Assembly (NCBI GenBank): GCA_036785375.1
Contig: JAWMAR010000134.1
Coordinates: 5,270,001 to 5,334,000 of the forward strand
DNA from: Leucoraja ocellata
Lineage: Eukaryota
Direction: 5' to 3'
Length of the DNA: 64,000 bases
The notes under the pieces were generated by a model. It saw only the letters and a list, made by a program, of their open reading frames with translations. It did no database searches and was not told the DNA's origin. Positions 37,001 through 50,500 of this stretch are shown here, in pieces. How positions within the stretch are numbered: position 1 is the first letter of the stretch; every line of letters starts with the position of its first letter. The position numbers and the translations under genes were made by a program.

Positions 37001-37866
37001 CAAGTTTATTATTAAAACTTCATGAATTTAATTGTACAGTAATGCCATAGGTTTAAAATATCCAACTTAGGCAAGATTATGCATTAACAGAAACAAACAA
37101 TAACTTCATAGGCAAACATTCTGTTCAGATGGTTTAGTTGAGTGATGTTTAGTGGTCAGGTCAGGGAAAAAAACTCATCTTTTAGTTTAGAGATACAGCG
37201 CGAAACAGACCCTTAGGCCCACCGGATCCGCGCCAACCAGCAATCCCCGCACATTAACACTATCCTGGGAACAATTTTATTTTTACATTTACTAAGCCAA
37301 TTAACCTATGAACCTGTACGTTTTTGGAGTGTGGGAGGAAACCAAAGATTGCGGAGAAAACCCACGCAGGTCACATGGAGAACTTACAAACTCTGTACAG
37401 ACAGCACCTGTCGAACCCGGGTCTCCGGCGCTGCATTCGCTGTAAGGCAGCAACTCTACCGCTGCGCAACCGTGACCGCCCTTTGAAATTTTCTTTGAAA
37501 TAATGTTGTGGGATTTTTTGTGTATATACTGGATAGTACCACCAGAGTTTGGGTGTGAATCGTTTGTAAAAGACTGATTTACATCTGAGAGAGTGGTTCT
37601 TCCTCAGTACTGTTTTGGAATGTTTTAGCCATGAACTCTCCACCGATAATAGATTCTGGTCTGATTCTTTGTACCTGAATAAAATCACTTTCAAAGACGG
37701 CAGATTGAGCAAAGAGGTTATACTCCCGAGATCGAAGGAGCTTGTGTAGTGATCCACCTTCCACACCGAGCTGTGCGGGACTGGGTCTTGAAGATCCCGT
37801 GCTAGAATTGACGGCCTCTGTTATACCTGTGAAGAAATCACTTCTGTATGAAGTTGACTGATCCAT
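24803..37866 (-). CDS. GARIN/FAM71-family (Golgi-associated RAB2 interactor, DUF3699-type) gene: join(37866-37675, 29415-29249, 28407-27931, 26605-26526, 25077-24803) = 1191 nt, ~396 aa
   Basis: Contiguous family motifs across the spliced exons: GSLHKLLRSREYNLFAQSAVFESDFIQ|VTRRGNLVDIHN...LGITASVPFLPLPNILIVA...ITR|MLPMKLVRLSVH...LKLVLANRSTFYLQL...FKLWEELIHII. Intron phases 0/2/2/1 are consistent. The last two exons rest on splice sites and frame only. Confidence 0.8.
26526..26605 (-). CDS. GARIN-like exon 4 (80 nt, predicted)
   Basis: Acceptor TTTCTACCAG, donor CCAG|GTAAC; bridges phase 2 to phase 1 without a stop (VPDTQESHKIRTRTEQLLDVKEERSP). Confidence 0.55.
27931..28407 (-). CDS. GARIN-like exon 3 (477 nt)
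   Basis: MLPMKLVRLSVHAKVSRCLKLVLANRSTFYLQL...LWEELIHII then a Ser-rich tail; donor TG|GTAAGG. Confidence 0.85.
29249..29415 (-). CDS. GARIN-like exon 2 (167 nt)
   Basis: VTRRGNLVDIHNIPTLLTLGITASVPFLPLPNILIVASR; acceptor TACAG, donor AG|GTGATA. Confidence 0.85.
30803..31090 (+). mobile_element. tRNA-derived SINE (HE1/V-SINE type)
   Basis: A/B boxes and body as in the other copies. Confidence 0.87.
32170..32347. mobile_element. Short Penelope-type palindromic insertion with 15-bp flanking duplication
   Basis: CTTAGCTTAAACTAA at 32155-32169 and 32348-32362; internal inverted repeat. Confidence 0.75.
32930..33392 (+). mobile_element. CR1/HER1 LINE 3' fragment
   Basis: [36 protein letters not shown]...SRTRGHSLRIRG. 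Confidence 0.88.
35887..36214. mobile_element. PIF/Harbinger-type MITE with TAA target duplication
   Basis: TAA|TGGGCCTGTCCCACTTAGGTGATTTTTTAGGCAACT ... AGTTGCCAAAAAAATCGCCTAGTGGGACAGGCCCA|TAA. Confidence 0.85.
37180..37482 (-). mobile_element. tRNA-derived SINE (HE1/V-SINE type)
   Basis: Reverse complement of GGGCGGTCACGGTTGCGCAGCGG head and CTAAA tail. Confidence 0.85.
37675..37866 (-). CDS. GARIN-like exon 1 (192 nt from putative ATG)
   Basis: MDQSTSY...EYNLFAQSAVFESDFIQ; donor CAG|GTACAA; start codon uncertain. Confidence 0.8.
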
Positions 37867-38759
37867 CTTCACTCTGCCCCTCCACTATGCAATTCTCAGG
37901 TCAATTCTCTTTCCAAGTTACTGCACTTCTCTTGTGCACCTGCTGAGTTGTTTCTCTGTGAAGAATTCCATTTCATCTCTCCATCACTCCAGTAATTGAC
38001 AGTTGAAGTTAATACACAAAAGGATTGTAGTTGCTGTTATCAAACTCTTTCCAATTGGATCACGCTATATCCAACTGGCACCATACCAGTGAAAGTCAAG
38101 TGTTACTCAGATTGGGTTCATTGAGATGACAGCAGATGGAGGTGTCATAATAGTTGTCAGGGGTGCATCACCTTTCTAGTGAGATCATAGACCTACAGCA
38201 GTGTGGGGAAAGCAGAAACATAAAATAGCACTACATGTCAATGATCAGATGTATCTACTTTTTTGACAATTATCCTCCAATTGCATTCTTGGTGCACTCA
38301 ACTTTCATCCCACTGGCGTAAACATGGCTGATTCTCTTTCTCACTTCCATGCCCAGGCAAGGTGCGTCTTGCTTTGAGCTGTTGATGCATCCAATTTGTC
38401 ACATTTCCTTGGATCTCATGCACTAATCAATCTGATTAATCTGTCAAGTTAGGACCATGCTAACTACTTTATTAAAATTATATACGAGTTTCAGCCATCG
38501 CTACTTTCTCAGCCATGATCTTTTCTCTAAAACTCCAGACTGACCAATCCTTGTCTTTCCTGGTGGTGCTTTATACTACCCTTCAGAAAGCTTTCAAGTA
38601 ATTTGCCCACCAATTAATTTAAGGCTTAATTACTCAAATTATCCTTTGTTTCCTTATTAGACAACTATATTCAATTGGCATATTTATGATCAATGGGCAG
38701 AGCACCTGCTTCTAAAGAAAATTAGAAATAATGTCCGGAATGTCTATTTTAATTCATGG

Positions 38760-39057
38760 TTAGTTTAGTTTAGAGATACAGTGTGGAAACAGGCCCTTCG
38801 GCCCACCGAGTCCACACTGACCAGCCATCCCAGCACATTAACACTATCCTACACACACACGGGACAATTTACACTTAAACCAAGCCAATTAACCTACAAA
38901 CCTGTGCGTCTTTGGACTGTGGGAGGAAACCGAAGATCTCGGCGAAAACCCACGTGGTCACGGGGAGAACTCCGTACAAACAACACGTGGTCGGGATCAA
39001 ACCCGGGTGTCTGGCACTGCAAGGCAGCGACTCTACTGCAGCACCACTGTGCCATCC
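38760..39057 (-). mobile_element. tRNA-derived SINE (HE1/V-SINE type); an older plus-strand copy follows at ~39085-39375
   Basis: (TTTAG)n tail, SINE body and head. Confidence 0.85.
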
Positions 39058-41279
39058 TAAATGTTTTGAATAGAATGATTAGGTAGGCACCTAATGTCTC
39101 ATAGCTTCAGTGATCCCGGTTCGATCCTTAACTCTAGTGCTATCTTTTGCATATTCTCCCTCTTTCAGTTTGCTCCCACATACCAAGGATGTGTGAATTG
39201 ATAGGTTAATTGGACATTATAAACAGCTCCTAACATGTAGGTGAGTGGTGGAATTCAGTGGGAGTTGGTGGGGAGAATAAAATGACATTAGTGTAGGAAT
39301 GTCATATTATTCTCTAATGATGTTGTAAACGGATGCTTAGTGGCTAACATAACTGTATGGAAGTGCCTGTTTCTCTGATTTTGTAATTTTCCCCTGCTTT
39401 TTAAGTTGCTATTTGCCCTGCCCTTTTCAATTCCCCAGTTTATCCACTGTGGCTTCTTTCATAGAATTACTTCTCACAGCCATAATTCATTAAATCATAG
39501 CAATTTACAGCCTAGAAGTAAGCTATCATGCCTATCTTGTCTAGAATTTTCAGGTGCTCATCAAGATACTTTTAAAATGTTTCTGCTTTCCTCAAACCTT
39601 CAGCAAGTTTGAGTAAAACAATGTTTTCTCAACTCCATTTTAAACTTACCAATCAACTTAAATCTGCATTCCTTGTTACTGACTTCTCTGTTAATGGAAA
39701 TAAGTTATTTCTTTTTATAACCTTCTGAAAACTTTAGGCACCTTAATTCAATATCCCAAGTGGCAGTGTGAGTTGTGAGAAAGATGGCAAAAAGATTCAA
39801 AGAAAGGTAGATAAGCTAAATGACTGGGTGAGAACATGGCAGATGCAAATGCAGTTTAGAACAATGTGTGGATTCCACTTTGGTAGGAAGACAAGAAAAG
39901 TAGAGGATTTTTTTAAATGGTGGGAGGTTGAACATTGTTGCTGTTCAGAGGGACCTGGGTAACCTTACACAAGAATCACTGAAAGTTACATACAGGCATC
40001 TCAAGCACTTAGGAAGGAATGAGCAATTTACCTTGAGAGACGTTCAAATGCCAATGGCATGGATCTAAAGCACATGGTAGAAAGATTAGAGGGGAGATGA
40101 CACGTTGTGGAGGGAACAGTCCCTGTAGAAACCGGTGTGGACGGGAAGATGTGACAGGTGGCGGAAATGTAAATCAGCTATTTGCATAGTCTGCAATTCC
40201 TCTGTCTACAATTCATGGTCGGAGGCCATCAAATAAATTACTTTTGAAACTGACTAGGCAATCTCTTCTATTGACACTTATAATGTACTTTATCAAACAA
40301 TGTAACATCCATTGATATTTTAAGGTCATCGAAACTATCCGTTGGATATGGGCCATTCTGTTTTGTACTATTGTAACACATCAAAGACAATAAATAATTG
40401 TTTATGTCAATCCACTCAATGAAATTGTGTCTGACAACACCCAACCTAGAACTGGGACTCCCTGTATTTAATTGTGCTGTTGCAGGGGAAATCAAGGATA
40501 GTTAGAGAAGGGTTTTTTTGTGCATTGAGTACATATCAGCTCCATGCAAAAGTACAATAGTTATCATTTCTTCATAGACTTTAAAATTGTTTCACCTCAC
40601 ATACTTCTCTGACTCAGTTTTGAATGCTTTGATTGAATTTGTCTCCACTCAATGCATTTCAGACTAACAGACTTGAAACAGCTATATGTCAGGACCACAA
40701 TCTGAATTGTTCTGAAGTGTGAAGAAGGGTTCTAACCCAAAACGTCACCTATTCCTTTTCGCCAGAGATGCGGCCTGACCCACTGAGTTACTCCAGCATT
40801 TTGTGTCTATCTTTGGTTTAAACCAGCATCTACAGTTCCTTCCTATACATATGTTGGGCCCATCCAGGTTTAAGAGAAATTGATTGTGAAAAGATTTCAT
40901 AAAGGTGTGCCCTTTTTCCCACTAAATCGAATTCCTTATGGCCACTTTATCTGCAAATATTGAATATGGGCCTGATCCAACCAGTCTTGGCTGAGTATTC
41001 GTCCTGCACTCATGAAACAGAAATAAGTTGTGAATTGTAGTGGCTCAGTTTAGCGGAGCTGATAGATTAGCAAAAGAAAATCTGCTTTTTGTTACTAAAA
41101 GGTCGAATCATGAAGCAGGCCCTGCAGTCCACCATGTGCCGACTGACCATGTGCTGACTTAAGTACACGTCCACACTAATTTTATTTTATTCTTGTCAGA
41201 TTTTAGTTATTATTGAGAAATCATATTTTGAATATTAAATCAAGTAATTTGAGCTCTTCTAAAAAGTGTGGAAGGAACG

Positions 41280-41372
41280 GACTTTTTAATTTCTGAAGCG
41301 GACTGTTTGGTTTAACGGTTTGGTTCCCGTCGGAAGAGTTGTTCAGGCGGCACAGTAAAGATGGCAGCGCCC
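41280..41372 (+). promoter_or_regulatory. RBM28: RBM28 promoter/5'UTR, small CpG-rich region
   Basis: ETS core CGGAAG (~41331) and YY1-like AAGATGGCAGC overlapping the ATG, typical of housekeeping promoters. Confidence 0.6.
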
Positions 41373-41517
41373 GCAGGGGAGGATCAGGCTGTCGCTCAGA
41401 GCCGTTTGAGGACCGTGTTCGTGAGAAACCTGCCGACCTCGGCTAACAACGAGCGGCTAGAGGAGATTTACAGCGAGCTGGGGCCGGTGAAGCATTGTTT
41501 CGTAGTGAAGGAGAAAG
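41361..41517 (+). CDS. RBM28: RBM28 exon 1
   Basis: MAAPAGE...[35 protein letters not shown]; donor G|GTTAGG. Confidence 0.93.
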
Positions 41518-44500
41518 GTTAGGGAAGAGGAAGCGGTGTGCACACGTTGGGAACAGCAACAGCAGCAACGTGGTGCTGTTGTAGTCGGGGCTGTTGTCCT
41601 GCTGCTGCTGCAGTTTGGTTTTGGGTTGGTGGTCGGTTCAGTGGAAGGGGTGATATGAGTTGCTCCCTTTGATCAGTGGCTCAGGCTGACGGGACCCCAC
41701 CATCTCGACGCGGTAGAATTATAACTCACCATTATGACCACCATTTCAGTGGGCTTCACCTGTAACGAGCTTTTTTTTCAACATAGCATATATAAATTTA
41801 AACACACACCGTGAATCACGGTGAGCAAAGCAAGAGTGACGAGTTAAAAAAAAGCTCAAGGTAGACAAAAATGCTGGAGAAACTCAGCGGGTGAGGCAGC
41901 ATGGACAGCAGAGTTAAATCTGTGTTGAAGGTTGGCAAAATACCAGAAAAATCTTTAAGTTTGATCTGAAGTTTCTTGATCTAAGGTTGTCAGCAGGCTT
42001 GCTAACGCAGAAGTTGCTGGAATGACAGAATTGCATGAAAATTCATAGAAAAGTGGGAACTAGACGCCCTTCAGATTGTATTAAACGGAAAAAGTAAGGT
42101 ATCTAAATTATAATGGGGCAGTGGCATGGAACCCCATGAAGCATTTACCTCATGATCTATATTAACGGATTAAACTTAATGTATAAGGAAGAAATATGAT
42201 TGGCAGAAGTTATGAGTTAGCGTTATTAGGTATAGACAAGGATATGTAGAGGAAGATAGGCACATAATTGAGGAGTGACTCAGTGGGACAGGCAGCATCT
42301 CTGGGGAGAAGGAAGGGAAAGTGGATTGGGTGAGAAGAAGTTGAAAGAATAATACATCTCAACATAGCACAACTTCTGGCTGGAGTGAGAATTAACAGAT
42401 TTGTTTTTTTGGGCCTTCAAGTTTGAGTTTGTTGGAATTATTAATCATCTCGATAGAATGGCTTTTACAAAGTGGATCTCCACCCCCTTGTGGTTCAGAA
42501 CAATAGATACTGGCCACTATTTTCAAATCTATACAGGTGTGGGGCCTGAAGAATGGATTGATATCTTCTGAATAATTTGAGTAAAGTTGACAATTAAATT
42601 TAAAATTAAATTTCCAGTGCAGGATTGTCAAGTCATGATTTACATGGAATAACAGTCTGTGCTTCCACTTTATATACATGTGATGCTGTGCAATTTGGAA
42701 TGTTGTAATTTATATAAGCAGATTTTGATGCAGTGCAGTAATTGATTTTTATTTCTCTCTGTCTAGGTAGCCAGACTTGTCGTGGTTTTGGATATGTCAC
42801 TTTTTCCCTTCCGGAAGATGCCAAAAAAGCGCTGAAAGAAACAAAGTTCTACGATAGCCAGAAAATATTTGCTTCTCTTGCTAAGAAGAAACTTCTGGGG
42901 AAGAAAGAGGGTGAGTGCCACAGCTTTCAGGACAGATAGGACTGTCTGCCAGGGTAACCAATAACGTAGTAGCTCAAACATTGCAGTTTTACATAGTCAG
43001 CAAAAAAGTTCATTCTTTCTATTAGCTGCAGGTATTAAATATATTTGGACACTCTCAAAACATTTTATAATTTGCATGGACTTGCAGCATTTTGGACTCT
43101 TCTCTACCAGTGAATTCTGTACAATATGTTATGCTGTAGATTCTGGTAAATGCAGTTTGTTGTGTCGTCACTGTGATTTTCAAGCCTGCTTCATTGATGA
43201 AGTACAATCACAACCATAGGTTCAATGTTATCTCCTGACAGTGAGTTGGAGAGACCTTCAATAAATGCTGTTGTTAATACATTGCATTTCAGAGCTCCAG
43301 TGACTTCAGCAAGTTAAGGTTCTGCTGTATACTGGATAAATAGAGTTTGGTTTCTGCATGTATATTCCATCCTGGTGTTAGAATCCGTAGTGTCTCCCTT
43401 TCAAGGGAGATGCTAAAAATGCATTTCGTTGTCTCTGTACTGTACACTGACAATGACAATAAATTGAATCATTTCATTTCATTTTTTCATTTCAGAATCC
43501 GTAGTGATTTGGTTGAGAGCCCTCTCAACTTTTGAGTTAGAATGTTGCAGATTTAAGACCCACTCCAGAAATCAGCATAAATATTTAGGCCTCGTTCCAG
43601 TGCCAGTACTGAAGCACATTGACATTGTTTGAACCTCATCTTTCAAATATGTCAAAACTGCAGAAATAAAACATTACATAACCTTCATTTGAAGAGGAGC
43701 AGTTAAGTTATACCTGAAGAAGGATTTCGACCCAAAAAAAATGCCTATTTCCTTTGCTCCATAGATGCTGCCTCACCCGCTGAGTTTCTCCAGCATTTTT
43801 GTCCACCTAAGTTATACCTCATGTCGATACCAATACTAATTCCCCAATCTGTTTTTGCAAAAGAGATTATTTGTATTTTATCATTCAGTACTGAAGGTCT
43901 CGTGCTCAAAAGAGTCGTATGAAAACTTAAGACCAGTCTCTTGCTAGCCTCTACAAAGTATGAAATAGCAGCACAAAATTACCTTTAAATTGGACAGGTT
44001 TCCAGTTATACTTTTAAGTAATCTGAAAATAGGAATAAAGATTGGGGGACAGAAATGAAGGTGGGATAAATATGCTCTGTTGTTTTACAGAGGTATCTTT
44101 ACCCTGTATTTAAACTCAAGGGATTTATACTGTGTACTGACCAGGAATACTGAAAACACAAGATAGACACAAAAAGCTGAAGTAACTCAGCGGGACAGGC
44201 AACTTCTCTGGAGAGAAGTAATGGGTGATGTTTCGGGTCGAGACCCTTCGACCTGGAACGTCACCCATTCCTTCTCTCCAGGGTTGCTGCCTGTCCCACT
44301 GAGTTACTCCAGCTTTTATCTATCTTGTCTATTTTGTCTTATCTTCGGTTTAAACCAGCATCTTCAGTTCCTTCTTGCACCTACTGAAAACACACTTGTT
44401 TATGAAATCATTTTCATTAATTTAAAATAAATTAATAATTACGTTTTAATTTTACAGCCCCCAAGGAAGCTCCTAAAATAAATGTACAACAGAAAACACA

Positions 44501-47500
44501 GAAATTGCAGAGAAAAGCAAGGTTGATTGTTCGAAACCTGAGCTTTAAGGTACTAATTAAGAATCAACTTGTGGTCTAACATCAGTTGTAATCGTTATTT
44601 AGTTTGACCATGTCTGAAATAATCTGTTTACCTCTTATTTGTTAAACATGTGATGATCTAAACAAAAACCAAAATTGCAGTAACTGTGGGATGGGAATAG
44701 AAACAGGATTACTTTTTCAGCTTGTCAGAGTTGGGAAAGAGAAAAGTTTTTTTCTAAATATTTAAAGAAGGCAGGGAAAGGGATAGATAGGACAAAAGAG
44801 AATAGCTGAAGTTCAGGCCAGTGTTGTAGGTATGATGGGAAGTTAGAAGGTGACAAAGGAGTAGAATATTTTACAAACAACAACCCATGGTGTGCTAATG
44901 GAGAGGAAGATAAAAAGTTGAACCAATTAAACACATGGATGACTTACGACAAAAATGGCCAATTCTTACCCGTACAGAGAAAGTGTAATCTCCCCCCATA
45001 GCCCAGCAAATGCAATCCTTTTCGATGCTCATTCAGGCTTCCTTTGAACACAACTATCAAATAATCCTCCATTAGTATACTTGACAGTATTTAAAAAAAG
45101 TATCCTCATCAAATTTTTGGTGCTTCTGCCTATGTCCCAGGCTCTTGACCCCGGCCTCCAGTGGAATAGTTTATCTCTGTCAATCTGATGACACGCTCCT
45201 TGTTTTTAAATAGCTCTATCAGATACCCTCAAAACTTCCTATGTTTCAAGAAGAGCAATTCCAATTTCTTCAATCTGGTCTTCCCTGGAAGCAGTGTTTT
45301 TTTTTTTTGGTTTTCCACCCTCATTAAGTGCTGCACTCTGGACGGGACATGGTACTCTGCGTCAGTGTTTTATAGGAGTTTGTTGTGACTTCCTGCTCTT
45401 GTGTTCCATGCCTCTGTTAAACAATGCTCGGTATCCCAGGAGATGGTAGTTAAATTTCCCAAGCATGTATCCCACAATGGCAACTGTGGGAAATAGATTT
45501 GGATAATGTAAAAAAAAACTAGCCAGAACTACAAAACCTCCATGTCGGTCTGACTGATTTGTGAATCAAACTAAACATTGTAATTGGCTCAACCACGACA
45601 GTTCCCTTGTACATTTGGACGGCTTGATTGTAATTATGTGTAGTCTTCCTGCTGAGTGGATGGCACGCAACAAAAAAAGTTTTCACTGTATCTAGGTAGA
45701 CGTGACAATAAACTAAACTAACTCCACAACAATTTTATTGACTCTGAAATAGCCTAGAAAGCTAGGGGCAATTAAGAATGGCCAATAAATACTGGTTTTG
45801 CCAGCACTACCAATGTTTTAAAAATGAATAAATAAAAGTCTCTCATACTTTTTTTTGGTCATTTTCTTTACCTGTCATGCCACTTTTTATGAATCGTGTA
45901 CATATTACTGACTCCAATCCTGTGTAATCCTTATAGAATTGTGCTCTTTGACTGAAGTGTTTCTTTTTATTCTTCTCACTGGAAAGTAACCACACATTGT
46001 GTTGAATTTCTTCTACTTTTTATCTGCTCATTTCACCCACCGTAATTTTTTTTCCCTTGATGTCTCGACTTGAAGTCTGCTGTTTTCTTTAGATTGCGGT
46101 TTTTCTGAGTCTAGCACCTCTGGTGAATTTCACTGTACACTTCCCTAAAGTCCAATATCAATTCATGGTTTCCTAGCCAATTTTCTATCCCTGTTACTAC
46201 ACTCCCTTTCATTTTACACCACCAATCTTAATATACTTATTTTGTGGCTCTGTTTACTTATCAACCACCTTGGTCTACATCAATAAACTCCAGCAAGATT
46301 TGTTTGGTACCATTTGAACATTTGCATGCTGACTTTCTCTACTGAACGGACATTTGTCCACTTGATTCTTAATTTATGTGAATGTGAATTTATGGAATTC
46401 TCTGCCACAGAGGGCAGTGGAGGCCAAGTCACGGGATGGATTTAAGAGAGAGTTAGATAGAGCTCTAGGGGCTAGTGGAGTGAAGGGATATGGGGAGAAG
46501 GCAGGCACGGGTTATTGATAGGGGACGATCAGCCATGATCACAATGAATGGTGGTGCTGGCTCGAAGGGCCGAATGGCCTCCTCCTGCACCTAGTTTCTA
46601 TGTTTCTATATGTTTCTATAATTCTGTCCCAATTATTGTTTCTCATGCCTTTCTCATCATTGAGGTTAAACTGGTCTGAGAGTTAATGACTTGTTCCTAC
46701 AGCCTATTTTATGAACAATAATCTAGCATTTGCAGTTCTACAGCCTTATGCACCACCCCCTAAATCTATTGTTTGGAAGGTTATGGCTAGGACTTGTGCA
46801 GTTTCCTCTCAACTTTCCATCTGGCCTCAGTGGTTTATCCATGTTAAATGTAGCTTGCTTGTCCTTCTAGGAGATCCTCTTTTTTTACTATTTCCCCCCC
46901 CCCCCTCCCCCCCCCTCCCCCCCCCCCCCCCCCAAGATTGAATCCCAACTGAATGTTTATTTGGAGAGACGTCAGCAGTATCGTTGTCCTTGGTGAGAAC
47001 TGATGTAAAGTTACTACTTCAGCTGTGCCCTTAATGCTTCATGAGAAAAATCTTAATTTAAGTATATATTTAATGGTGGAAATTATATTTTTCAAGTATA
47101 TAGATAAGTATAAAATACATAATTACATTTAAATTCAGCAAATTTTAATTTGTAAGTGGATCTGTGTGGGAATTTGGTTGAAATGATCATTGATTCAGAA
47201 AGTGACCCAGGATTTGAGTATGGAAATATTTGGGTTATCTCTGCGCTGTCATCTTTTGAGGGCAGGGTTTCTGATGCATAGTTTGTGAGAAATACTGACA
47301 CCTTGAAGGGAATTTACATAAATGAGCATTTCATTCACTGGGGCTCTGAACATTAAAGATTGAATTGGCGGAATTTTTCACGATATTTGGACAACATGGT
47401 GAGGTTGGAGAAAAATGAATTGGAACCAGAGGATATGGTTTTACATTAGATCCAGGTGTTTCGGAGATGAAGGGCCAGGGTTATAGAGTTTGTGGTTGGC

Positions 47501-50500
47501 AGAGAAAATGTTGGCTTTGGTATTCTTACTGTTGAGCTGAATAGAATTGTTTTTGGTCCAAGATTGGACACTTGAAACACACAGCCAGTAGAAGGGGAAA
47601 GTGAGGAGGAGGGTAGTGATATGGGCAGCTGTGCCAAATACTGCAGGCAAGATGATCCAAGATAATGCTACATGGACACAGCCATAGATATATCAGTCGA
47701 CCAGGTCTCTTAAATGATGAACCCGAGAGAGATTTGAATATACATAAGCTGGTCATGGGTTTGGGGGATGAAGATAATTATATTGCAGAGGGATTGAGAA
47801 ATGAATCAGTATTTTGCACAAACTGTAATTCAGAATTAGTTTTCTTTGGACAAATTTATAGTTATCTTTTTCGCAAGAGGCATTAGAGATGAAGTTGTTG
47901 ATGTATCAATCATCTCCAATTTCTATAGGCTGCATTTTATCCATTTAAATATGACACTGCTTGAGAGAGTGATGATTGACCTCAGAACAGTAATGATTTG
48001 CCCAATGGATGTTTCTTTCCTTTCAGTGTTCAGAAGGTGATTTGAAGACAATTTTCTCACAGTATGGGACTGTGCTGGAGGTCAACATACCTACCAAAGG
48101 TTGGTTTTAAAATCGGGAAACCCGGTGCTTTAGATGGTTAGCTAGAACCAGAACAGTACAACACAAGAACAAGCCCTTCGGCTCACAATGACTGTGCCTA
48201 ACATGATTTCAAGGTCAACTCTTATCTTTCCATTCCCTGTATATCTGTATGCCTATCCAAAGGTGTCTTAAATGCAGCTGTCATATCTGAGTCCGCCACC
48301 ACCCGTTGTAATGCATTCCAGGCACTCACCACCCTCCCTATTTTTTTTTTTTTTAATTGCCTTGTGCATCTCTTTAAAACTCTCACCTTAAAGCTATGCC
48401 TGCTAGTATTTGCTATTTCCATCCTGGGGGAAAAAATGATTTTGACTGTCTACCCTATCTGTGCCTTCCATATTTGTAGATACTTTTATATAAGGCATGA
48501 GGAACGTGTAGCAGCCAATGCACACCCATTGCCAGACACCCATTCCTGAAAGGTACTTTTACATTCCTTGTAGCCTTTTATGCAACAGTCGCCTGACTTC
48601 TGTTTGATTACGGAGATCATACTTACCCTTCTTGGACAGTGTTTATCATTCTTCTTGAAATCTTGGATTTGCACTTTGGCACAGAGTGAATCTCCATGTT
48701 CATCCAAAGTTTCTGGTTAGGATGCACCCTAATTATCTTTGTCGTAGCGCAGCTGTCTATGCATTTCTTGATGAAATCAGTGCTGACCGAGGATGAAGTT
48801 GTCTTGAACACATTTCAGTCCTGCGACTCAAGGCAGTCCTGAACTAGGTACTCAAACCACTGTTTGTTTTGTGCCTGGGATATTTGTGTTGGGCTAGGCA
48901 ACTTCCCACTCATCTGAAAGATGTTTTTGAAAAGTAAGTGACGCAAAATAAGTAAATTGTTTTAAATAGAGAGGAAAATACCTGGTACAAATATTTTGCA
49001 AGGAAGGGTGATCATATGAAAGAGCAGCAGAGACAGAATAATTGGCCATCACTTTCAAAGAATGGGCGGCGCGGTGGCGCAGTGGTAGTGCTGCTGCATT
49101 ACAGAGCTTGCAGCGCTGGAGACCCGGGTTCGATCACGACTACGGCTGTCGGTACGGAGTTCGTACGTTCTCCCCGTGACCGCATGGGATTTCTCCGAGA
49201 TCTTCGGTTTCACAGGTTATAGTAGAATTAGGCCATTCGGCCCATCGAGTCTACTCCGTCATTTAATCATGGCTGATCTCTGCCTTCGAATCCCATTTTC
49301 CTGCCTTCTCCCTATTACCCCCGATACCAGTTTTAATCAAGAATTTGCTTATCACTGCCTTCAAAATATCCACTGACTTGTCGTCTACAGCTGTCTGTAG
49401 CAATGAGTTCTACGGATTAACTACCCTCTGACTAAAGAAGTTCCTCCTCGCCTCCTCTCTAAAAGAACACTATTTAATTCTGAGGCTATAAACTCTGGTC
49501 GTAAGCTCTCCCACCAGTGGAAACATCCTTTCCACATCCATTCTATCTACGCCTTTCATTATTCTGTACGTTTCAATTAGGTCCCCCCTCAACCTTCTAA
49601 ACTCCAGCGAGTAGAGGCCCAGTGCTGTCAAAAGCTTATTATATGCTAACCCACTCATTCCTCGAATCATTCTTGTAAACCTCCTCTGGACCCTCTCCAG
49701 AGCCAGCACATCCTTCGTCAGATATGGGGCCCACAATCTACTTGCAGTACTCCAAAGATACAGGTTTGTAGGTTAATTGGCTTGGGTTTGTATACTTGGT
49801 ATAAGTATAAATTGTCCCGTGTGTGTCTAGGCTTGTGTTAATGTGCGGGGATTGCTGGTCGGTGCGGACTCGATGGGCTGAAGGGCCTGTTTCACTAAAC
49901 TAAACTAATCTGGTTTTCTGCTGCATCTTTGATTCTGTGCTATGATGTAGTTTTCTGTTTTTGTGCTGGAACTATGATTATTAAGGCTACAAAATCTAGT
50001 TCCTGTGAAATAAACAGTGAGTGAACATATTTGTTGTGCACTCAACAGCAGGTCAAGTCCCATGTTGAGATTACCTTGTGGAAACCATGTCTTTTAAAAC
50101 CACAACGTCCAGTTCCCATCAAATAAACAGTGAGCATGTGTTAAGGATCAATGATCTTAAATATTAGTTCTGTTTCTCTTTTTACCGATGCTGCATGATT
50201 CATTAGCTCCAAGCATTTTCTGTAACTGGCCCTTGATCTGCTGTTGAGTACACAACAGCCATGTTCGTCTTGACTCCCGCATTGAGATACCTGACTTGGT
50301 ATTTTTAAAGTGGGATTACTGAGGTTAGATGTTACAGAGGTTCTGTTAATTCCCATAGTGCTTTTGTGATCAACTGTTAGGCAGGATTGGCTGTGGGGAT
50401 TTGGGTAGCTGGCACATAGGCAGATGGGGTTGCTGGCACATAGGCAGATGGAAGGAAAACCAGGTAGGGTTCTCGGTGAAATCAAAGGATCAGTTTTTTG

